Virus record (IMG/VR): IMGVR_UViG_3300048591_000147
Span: 248,001 to 312,000 of that record
Length of the DNA: 64,000 nt
Strand: one strand, 5' to 3'
Shown: positions 57,382 to 64,000 of the stretch, piece by piece
How positions within the stretch are numbered: the first letter of the stretch is position 1
How the letters are laid out: every line of letters begins with the position of its first letter
Program-made: the position numbers and the translations under genes
Notes under the pieces: model-generated
Told to the model about the DNA's origin: nothing
The model's database searches: none
The model's input: only the letters and a program-made list of their open reading frames with translations

Positions 57382-58417
57382 CGAAAAAGTATTAATAATT
57401 TGTGAAGCTAGACCACCACAGGTCAATGGCGTTGTTACAACCTTTAGAAATGTTCAAAGAGAATTAGAAGAGATGGGGTATACAGTAGATATAATTGGTC
57501 CTGATTGGGAGCAATTTAAAACGATGTCCCTTCCCTTTTATAAAGAGATTCAGATTGTATTGAACCCTTGGAAGATAAGAAACCTTATTAACTCTGGATA
57601 TTATGATTTTATTCATATCGCTACTGAAGGGCCATTGGGATATTATGCGGCCAAATATTGTGAAAAGAAGAAGATAAAATTCACAACGTCATATCACACC
57701 AAGATGCCAGAGTATGTGAATGCTAAGTTTCCGTTGATCCCCACAAACTTAGTATACAGATATATGAGAAGACTGCACAAGCGCTCTAGTAACATTCTAG
57801 TTACTAGCGAATCTATGCGCAATGAATTAATTGCTAAGGGCTTCAATAATAGTTTTATAGTATGGGCCAGAGGCGTAGATGAAACTGTTTTTAATTCTTC
57901 CACCAAACAGAAATTGGCTAAACCATACTTATTATATGTGGGTAGAGTTTCTGTAGAAAAGAACATCGATGCGTTCATGAAGTTGGACTTTCCAGACCAT
58001 ATTAAAGTTATAGTTGGTGATGGTCCAGATTTGGCACGATTGAAGAGTGAGAATGAACACAGACAAGATATACTTTTTGTTGGCGTCAAGTTCGGTAAAG
58101 ACCTAGCAGCGTGGTATGCCGGTGCCGATTGTTTCGTTTTCCCTTCAAAAACAGATACTTACGGTATTGTCATGATCGAATCACTGTGTTGTGGCACCCC
58201 CGTAGCCGGATATGATGTTACTGGGCCAGTAGATATCATTACTCGTCCAGAATTTGGAGAAGCGTATCCACATTTACAGACAGCAGTAGAAATAGTATTA
58301 GATGAATTCAAACATGACCCTGATAGAAGACAGCAATGTGAGGATTTAAGTAGACAGATGTTTACGTGGTATAATTGCGCCAGCATCTTTGCAAAATCAT
58401 TGGTCGCTAAGTCATGA
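57374..58417 (+). CDS. agt: GT4 glycosyltransferase, Agt-like (diacylglycerol glycosyltransferase)
   Basis: PQVNGVV, HIATEGPLG, FTTSYHTKMPEYV, YVGRVSVEKN, VFPSKTDTYG.V.IES. Confidence 0.8.
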   Translation: MSNEKVLIICEARPPQVNGVVTTFRNVQRELEEMGYTVDIIGPDWEQFKTMSLPFYKEIQIVLNPWKIRNLINSGYYDFIHIATEGPLGYYAAKYCEKKKIKFTTSYHTKMPEYVNAKFPLIPTNLVYRYMRRLHKRSSNILVTSESMRNELIAKGFNNSFIVWARGVDETVFNSSTKQKLAKPYLLYVGRVSVEKNIDAFMKLDFPDHIKVIVGDGPDLARLKSENEHRQDILFVGVKFGKDLAAWYAGADCFVFPSKTDTYGIVMIESLCCGTPVAGYDVTGPVDIITRPEFGEAYPHLQTAVEIVLDEFKHDPDRRQQCEDLSRQMFTWYNCASIFAKSLVAKS

Positions 58418-59049
58418 TCATATTACCAGTAATACATTATTCTACATTATCAGTAGCATTAGAAAATGCTGAAATAGCTTTTCAGAATGGGTGCGATGGC
58501 GTTTTCGTCATCAATATGGACTATACACCAGAAACTGATCTGGAAATTCCAGCAGTGTGCGCCCATATCAAGAAGCTGTTTCCTAATAAGAAAGTTGGTG
58601 CTAATTTCCTATATGCTGATTTCATAACAATGTTTGTAAATGCTGTTGACAGCATAGATATGATTTGGACAGACGACTTAATTCCCGAAGAGCATGATGA
58701 GGTCATCCGGCTACAGGGATTTGTCAAAGACATAGATATCTTCGAATCATTCGCGTTCAAATATAAAAAAGCCGATCCAGATTTCGTTAACACCGGAAAC
58801 AATATCTTAGCTAAGGGTAGGATTCCAACTACATCAGGAAGTGGTACTGGTCATGCAGCACCATTAGAAAAACTCATTCAATTATCTGAGCTTCCCAGAC
58901 TAGCATTAGCCAGTGGACTGACACCGGATAATGTATCCATGTTTAAGCCATATATTACACATGCGCTAGTCGCTACTGGAATCTCTGATTCATTCTATAC
59001 ATTCGATCCAACCAAGGTTAAAGACTTCGTACAAGCCGTTAGAGGTTGA
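58414..59049 (+). CDS. BtpA/SgcQ-like TIM-barrel protein
   Basis: LPVIH, GCDGVFVIN, TTSGSGTG, ALASGLTPDNV, LVATGIS. Confidence 0.65.
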   Translation: MIILPVIHYSTLSVALENAEIAFQNGCDGVFVINMDYTPETDLEIPAVCAHIKKLFPNKKVGANFLYADFITMFVNAVDSIDMIWTDDLIPEEHDEVIRLQGFVKDIDIFESFAFKYKKADPDFVNTGNNILAKGRIPTTSGSGTGHAAPLEKLIQLSELPRLALASGLTPDNVSMFKPYITHALVATGISDSFYTFDPTKVKDFVQAVRG

Positions 59050-59097
59050 GTTTTAGACGGAAGTCTGATACGATTAACAAAAATCATAGGACGTACA

Positions 59098-60213
59098 ATG
59101 GACAGAGTTACAGAGTTAGTTGAGAAGTTAAAGCACTTTGACGAAGCGTATTTCAATGCTTCCATAACCGATGAAGTGCTTGATGACAATGAATACGATA
59201 ATCTTAGGAACAAGCTAAAACTATTGGACCCATCTAACCAGTATTTTACTGGTATTGGGTCTGATGTTCGCGGTGGTAAGGTTCCCCTACCATTCCCGAT
59301 GGGATCATTAAATCAAGTATATGATGATAATGACATCCTGAATTGGATAACGAAGTATGGCATTTCGAGTGCTGTCATATCTGATAAATTGGATGGATGT
59401 TCTTGTGAGCTAATCTATAGAGATGGCCAGTTTGCACAGGCGTTCTCTAGGGGTAATGGCGTCGAAGGCGCTGACATAACAAGAAACATTGCGCTAATCC
59501 CTAATGTGCCTAAAACTATATCTGCTGGTTATTTGTTCCCAGATGACATCGTAGTCAGAGCGGAAGTGATCATCAAGAATTTAGTATTTGATGTGAAATA
59601 TTCAAAAGAATTTAAGAATAGCCGCAATATGGTGGCTGGTATTCTTAATAGAAAACTTCCAACAGAAGACGTACTGGGTGACTTCGAAGTTATTGTTTAT
59701 GAAATAATGGACGGTGTAACCAATCTTACGAAGGCCAAAGAATTGGAGCTTCTTAAGCAATATGGTTTTACCGTTGTGGAATATCAGACTCATCCAATTG
59801 ACATTCTGAATGATAATGATCTGGGTAAAATGGTCTTTGATCGAAAGGCAAAGTCTGCATACCTGTTAGACGGGTTGGTAATAACTACAGACACGTATAA
59901 AAACATTTCTGCACAGTCTAACTCGTCATCGTTAAATCCAGAACATTCAGTAAAGTATAAGAATCTTTCTAGAGATGCATACCGTGAAGTGTCGGTAGTT
60001 GACGTCCTATGGGAATTGTCAATGAATGGACTATGGAAGCCTCGCGTACAGATTGTCCCAACGGAACTAGATGGTGTCACTATAACCTACGTCACTGGAC
60101 ATAACGGGCGTTTTATATACGATAACAAGATAATGCCGGGGACTGTAGTTAAAATCGTCAGAGCAGGATCAGTTATACCTCAAATCGTCGGGGTGATATC
60201 CGTTCCTACGTAA
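59098..60213 (+). CDS. ligA: NAD-dependent DNA ligase, N-terminal part (Ia + adenylation + OB)
   Basis: YFNA...YD, KLDG, SRGNG, DGLVI, VKYK, VRAGSVIPQIV followed by a stop. Confidence 0.93.
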   Translation: MDRVTELVEKLKHFDEAYFNASITDEVLDDNEYDNLRNKLKLLDPSNQYFTGIGSDVRGGKVPLPFPMGSLNQVYDDNDILNWITKYGISSAVISDKLDGCSCELIYRDGQFAQAFSRGNGVEGADITRNIALIPNVPKTISAGYLFPDDIVVRAEVIIKNLVFDVKYSKEFKNSRNMVAGILNRKLPTEDVLGDFEVIVYEIMDGVTNLTKAKELELLKQYGFTVVEYQTHPIDILNDNDLGKMVFDRKAKSAYLLDGLVITTDTYKNISAQSNSSSLNPEHSVKYKNLSRDAYREVSVVDVLWELSMNGLWKPRVQIVPTELDGVTITYVTGHNGRFIYDNKIMPGTVVKIVRAGSVIPQIVGVISVPT

Positions 60214-60963
60214 AAAATCATAAATTATACTTCTCAAGGAATCAAAAGAACGATGCTTGTGATTAATTCGTAATAATGGGATGTTGTTATTGTAAGCATA
60301 CATATATTTTTTGTAGTCATATTCGGCATTTTTTGTAAATTTTTCCAATGCTTCCTTGTCCGTAGTTATACCACATCTGAACATTCTCTTTGGATCAGTG
60401 TGTTGTACCCCATCATATTCTATCAATAAGTTAAAATCGTTTAGATAGAAATCGAAGCGTAGGTCACAATAATCACCAACTAAACCGTTGAATTTCTTAT
60501 CAAATGTATGTTTTATTCCATAGACATTTGTTAATATATCTGATATTTTTCTCTCAGCACTTGACATTTTTTTAGAACATAGAGGACAACCTTGACCAAA
60601 TAAATGTTTCCCCGGAGCTATCTTAAAATCAGCATGAATAGGACACATGACGATTATCTTGGTGGTGGAATTTGTATATTCTACTTTATCGTAATTATAT
60701 CTACCACCATGAATGAAATTGAATTGTGATTTCAATGTATTGATATCTTTTCTCTTTATGTTCCCTATTTTATCAGACTTACATTTAGCACAGCCGGATT
60801 TGTCTAAGTGTTGATTAGGAACTTGTTCAAAGTCTCCATGAATTGGACAAGTTATAGTAACTTTCGATTTTACTGTAGTATACGTGGTTTTATCATATGT
60901 ATATTTGTTATTATGTATCTTATTAGCTTTTTCAATAAATTGTTCTGTTGTGACTCTTTTCAT
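60169..60963 (-). mobile_element. Homing endonuclease (Vsr/EDxHD-like nuclease with Zn repeats) inserted antisense in ligA
   Basis: Two CPIH...GC..C repeats; RFDFYL...IEYDGVQH. Start at 60963 after an AGAGGT RBS; TATAAATA at 61018-61025 on the minus strand. Confidence 0.88.
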
Positions 60964-60978
60964 GTACGGAATTACCTC

Positions 60979-61006
60979 TTGATTCTTTTTGTTTCCGGTG
61001 TATAAT
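60979..61006 (+). promoter_or_regulatory. Sigma70-like promoter for the ligase C-terminal gene
   Basis: TTGATT-16-TATAAT; AAGGTG RBS at 61025-61030 before ATG 61042. Confidence 0.65.
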
Positions 61007-61041
61007 ACCATTCATTGTATTTATAAGGTGTGTAGATTTTT

Positions 61042-61854
61042 ATGGATAAATTTGAAAAATATTTTAACGATTCAATGAATAAACTAATGGGCGAGGGTAA
61101 TTGGTGTTGGAGTCCATCTGGTGTAGAAGTTATGATCCCAGATCATAATAACAATCCGAAGGTAAAATTTAAACAAGCCTTAGCGTTCTTTGATACCCTG
61201 AACGTTGATTTGTTGAAAGAGGCTTCCCTGAAGTCCGTGTTTGACAAGTACAATCTATACAATCTTTCATATGATAACATCATTGTATTCTTGGTTGAGC
61301 TTCTTGAACTGGAGTGGGTCAGGGTAATTGGTTCGAATGGTAAAAAGATTTTCAACAGCTTACATAATAAGCTACAGAAATTACCTCCTGAAGAGTTTTT
61401 AGGCGCCCTCAGATATTTTGGCGCAGGGTTCGGTGTTAGAAAATCCAAAATGCTGTTAAATCAATGTGATGGTATACATGCTGTCAAACATTTATCAGAG
61501 AACGATATTGTTAATATGGTTGGATTTGACACAACCACTGCAAAAATGATACTTTCAGGTATTGATGAAGCACTACTTTTATTAGAGCGCTTGAAGGATT
61601 ACATCACATTAGTTAAGAAGGTGGCAGTGTCCGCTGATCTTTCACACCTTAATGTGGTGCTGACGGGTTTCAGAGATTCTACATTACAGAATTTTATTGA
61701 AATGAATGGCGGTAAGGTTGGTTCGGGTGTAAGCAAAAAGACAACACACCTAATCTGCTCGTCAGTGGATTCCGGCTCTTCAAAATATAAGAAGGCACAG
61801 GAACTGGGTGTTACTGTAATAACACTTGAGGATTTTAAAAATCAATACCTATAA
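61042..61854 (+). CDS. ligA: NAD-dependent DNA ligase, C-terminal part (HhH + BRCT)
   Basis: FGAGFGVRK and VGFDTTTA HhH motifs; VVLTGFRD...GGKVGSGVSKKTTHLI...KYKKAQELGV BRCT. Confidence 0.9.
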   Translation: MDKFEKYFNDSMNKLMGEGNWCWSPSGVEVMIPDHNNNPKVKFKQALAFFDTLNVDLLKEASLKSVFDKYNLYNLSYDNIIVFLVELLELEWVRVIGSNGKKIFNSLHNKLQKLPPEEFLGALRYFGAGFGVRKSKMLLNQCDGIHAVKHLSENDIVNMVGFDTTTAKMILSGIDEALLLLERLKDYITLVKKVAVSADLSHLNVVLTGFRDSTLQNFIEMNGGKVGSGVSKKTTHLICSSVDSGSSKYKKAQELGVTVITLEDFKNQYL

Positions 61855-61875
61855 ACAACACATCGAAAAGGAATA

Positions 61876-62115
61876 ATGAAAATGTTATATAGAAAAAGAG
61901 ATAATACGGGCGCATTAAATTTGTCTACAGTTACGTCTATACGGAAATTCCAATTTCCCGAGGATACTCCAGCGCGTTATGCATTAATGTTTTATACCAA
62001 TTTTAGCTCATCGACGTATGATTTTAGCTTTAATTATACTTCAGAAGCAGATCGAGATGAAGAATATGAGGCAGTTATTAAACATATAAATTCAGATTTA
62101 CCATACTCAGCATAA
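61876..62115 (+). CDS. Hypothetical protein
   Basis: 79-aa ORF with AAGGA RBS. Confidence 0.6.
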   Translation: MKMLYRKRDNTGALNLSTVTSIRKFQFPEDTPARYALMFYTNFSSSTYDFSFNYTSEADRDEEYEAVIKHINSDLPYSA

Positions 62116-62125
62116 GGACAATAAT

Positions 62126-62389
62126 ATGAATTTTTCAGAAGCATTAGTAGAAATAAAAAACGGTAAGAAGGTTTCAAGAGAAGGGTGGAATGGTAAGGGG
62201 ATGTTTGTATTCTTAGTACCGGGTTCTACCTTTAAAGTTAGTAGAGCACCATTACTTGGAATTTACCCAGAGGGTACTGAAATAAAGTATCATGCCCATG
62301 TTGATATGAAAACTGCGGACAATCAGGTAGTTCCATGGTTAGTTTCTCAGACTGATTTATTGGCTGATGATTGGGGCGTTGTTGAATGA
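62126..62389 (+). CDS. DUF2829 / Tad2-like anti-Thoeris sponge family protein
   Basis: MNFSEAL...GKKVSREGWNGKGMF...PWLVSQTDLLADDW. Confidence 0.88.
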   Translation: MNFSEALVEIKNGKKVSREGWNGKGMFVFLVPGSTFKVSRAPLLGIYPEGTEIKYHAHVDMKTADNQVVPWLVSQTDLLADDWGVVE

Positions 62390-62610
62390 AAATATCTCCA
62401 GAGATGCTCGACCAATTCAAAGATGATAAAGCGGGATTGTTAAAGTTAATTAGAGAGATGGCACCTAAGAAAATTGCAGAAGAACTTTGTAGCGTCCAAC
62501 CGATGGATGGCATCGATTTGATGACTGTAGCGGACGCTTTAGAAAATTATAAATGGGCTACACCACATTGTAGGCTGGGTGTTCCATATAATGAAGAAAA
62601 TGATAAATAA
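62386..62610 (+). CDS. Small protein with gp23-like VQPM motif
   Basis: LIREMAPKKIAEELCSVQPM. Confidence 0.55.
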   Translation: MKISPEMLDQFKDDKAGLLKLIREMAPKKIAEELCSVQPMDGIDLMTVADALENYKWATPHCRLGVPYNEENDK

Positions 62611-62616
62611 GAATAT

Positions 62617-62680
62617 GGTTGTATGATGTGACTCGAAAAGCTTTGCGGAAGCGATCTTCGACTGGTCGCCTACTCCACCA
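62617..62680 (+). ncRNA. ssrA: Two-piece tmRNA, acceptor piece (5' boundary approximate)
   Basis: T-arm GCGATC-TTCGACT-GGTCGC, then CTACTCC-A-CCA; GATAAATA late promoter at 62602-62609. Confidence 0.92.
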
Positions 62681-62822
62681 AAATTACTAGTAGCCACTAA
62701 GGTAGGAAGGGTATCGTGAACCTTTATCCTAGTGACCTTGACAAGGCCAAGGTAGGGATTAGTTGCCTAACAGCTTAGAATGTGTCGGTTTGATTTCTAG
62801 GCGTGCTAATAGTAATTTTGAT

Positions 62823-62990
62823 GGGGTAGTAAGGATTCGACGGAAAGAATAGTACAGAAGCGGACAACCGGATAGATGACTGACCTAATCAGCATAAAAA
62901 CTATAAATGCAAGCAATGACGCATTTTATGATGTCGAGTACGCGCAAGCGGCATGAACTATCACGGGGCCTAATCCGCCTTGTTACCCAA
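62823..62990 (+). ncRNA. ssrA: Two-piece tmRNA, coding piece (3' boundary approximate); tag ASNDAFYDVEYAQAA
   Basis: GGGGTAG pairs with CTACTCC including G3-U70; conserved GGATTCGAC; resume GCA at 62909, stop at 62954-62956. Confidence 0.92.
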
Positions 62991-62999
62991 TAAGATTGC

Positions 63000-63026
63000 A
63001 AAACACCAGCGAAAGCTGGTGTTTTT
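63000..63026. terminator. Bidirectional terminator after tmRNA
   Basis: AAAACACCAGC-GAAA-GCTGGTGTTTTT. Confidence 0.9.
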
Positions 63027-63028
63027 GT

Positions 63029-63271
63029 TTATATGGAAAATGCTTCTACAGAATTTCGTCTAACAGAATCAATCATTTTCTTGTTTCTAAAATAGTAATG
63101 TAAATCGTCTTCAAGAATGACTTTTCTAAATATGAGCCGACGCTCTGCCTTTACCTCTTGTTCCGCCAATACCATTGGCGGAAAAACAAATTGGGTCCGC
63201 GTCGGTTTTAGCTGATAACGAATTAATTTAATATATATGTCTTTCTTTGGTTTTCTAGGTTTATTGTTCAT
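63029..63271 (-). CDS. Hypothetical basic protein
   Basis: 80-aa ORF with AAGGA RBS. Confidence 0.55.
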   Translation of the reverse strand: MNNKPRKPKKDIYIKLIRYQLKPTRTQFVFPPMVLAEQEVKAERRLIFRKVILEDDLHYYFRNKKMIDSVRRNSVEAFSI

Positions 63272-63358
63272 GTTATTTTCCTTTTAAATTATGATATACC
63301 AGTTATCGACAAAAATCAATTACTTGAGCATAAATAATGCCTGACAACGGAGATTATT

Positions 63359-64000
63359 ATGCAGCAAAATAGAAACAGAAACAACTCTGAATTACCGGGT
63401 AACGACTTTCTCGTATTACAGCCACAAGATGCAAGCGCTATTAGATGTTTCAAGCAAGTAATACCATTAACAATATACCACTATTACATTTCTGATCCTA
63501 TTGAAGATCATGCACCATTCTACGATCTATTGAATACATTGAAGACCGCAGAGGCACATGATAGAATCATCATTTACTTAAATTGTCCGGGCGGCGCATT
63601 ATACGTTGCTATCCAAATCGTTAATGCAATACAAACCTCTCAGGCTACTGTTATAACATGTTTAGATGGCCAAGTGTGTTCAGCCGCTACACTGATCTTT
63701 TTAGTGGGTCACGAATACATAGTAAATAAACATGGTAGTTTCATGATTCACAACTACTCCGAAGGTGTCGTTGGTAAGGGTAATGAAATAATTTCAAGAG
63801 TTAAACACGCGACTGACTGGTTTGAAAAATTAACTTATGACATATATGGTAATTTTTTAACTGCAAAGGAGATCGAAGATATATTACAGGGTAAGGATCT
63901 ATGGCTAGACAGTGATGCAGTTCTAGAAAGATTGCAAAAAAATGAACAGAAAGAAGATGCAGAGGAACAGGCAGAAGAGGAAGTCGAAGAAATTGTTCCA
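63359..64000 (+). CDS. clpP: ClpP-like serine protease, 3'-truncated (not in ORF track)
   Basis: IYLNCPGG, VCSAAT (Ser), FMIH (His), DLWL (Asp); GGAG RBS and CATAAATA late promoter at 63329. Confidence 0.88.
   Translation, partial: MQQNRNRNNSELPGNDFLVLQPQDASAIRCFKQVIPLTIYHYYISDPIEDHAPFYDLLNTLKTAEAHDRIIIYLNCPGGALYVAIQIVNAIQTSQATVITCLDGQVCSAATLIFLVGHEYIVNKHGSFMIHNYSEGVVGKGNEIISRVKHATDWFEKLTYDIYGNFLTAKEIEDILQGKDLWLDSDAVLERLQKNEQKEDAEEQAEEEVEEIVP

Noticed and set aside
60213-61041. Group I intron interrupting ligA
   Set aside because: The insert is almost wholly an antisense ORF plus promoters. No intron core is visible, and the downstream half has its own promoter and RBS.
1-64000. Stop-codon reassignment, inteins or a diversity-generating retroelement
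   Set aside because: Core genes are full length under code 11. Helicase, TerL, UvsX and UvsW show no insertions. No reverse transcriptase or template/variable repeat pair is seen.

Overview
64 kb of an AT-rich, densely coded, mostly plus-strand genome of a large T4-like (probably jumbo) myophage. The host is probably a Gram-negative bacterium, judged from the i/o-spanin pair. Core modules: gp41 helicase (5'-truncated), probable TerS and TerL, gp32, UvsX/Y/W, clamp loader gp44/62, tail and baseplate-type genes, spanins and a T4-like lysozyme. Accessory genes cover NAD salvage (NadM-Nudix + Nampt), NADAR, nucleotide metabolism (dCMP deaminase, DHFR, GMP reductase, MazG, 5'-nucleotidase), RNA repair (two RNA ligases, kinase, Thg1, 2H phosphoesterase), PhoH and anti-defence homologs (Acb1, Tad2/DUF2829). 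The most notable observations are: (1) a circularly permuted two-piece tmRNA with a 142-nt structured intervening segment, near a ClpP-like gene; (2) a PlcP + Agt-like phosphate-starvation lipid-remodelling gene pair; (3) an NAD-dependent ligase split into two separately expressed genes by an antisense homing endonuclease; (4) a miniature DnaE palm split into two genes 8 kb apart; (5) a thrice-repeated hairpin with the Shine-Dalgarno in its loop at the NAD salvage genes; (6) a class I cNMP-phosphodiesterase-like HD protein. All calls are from motif recognition by eye; no database searches were run.
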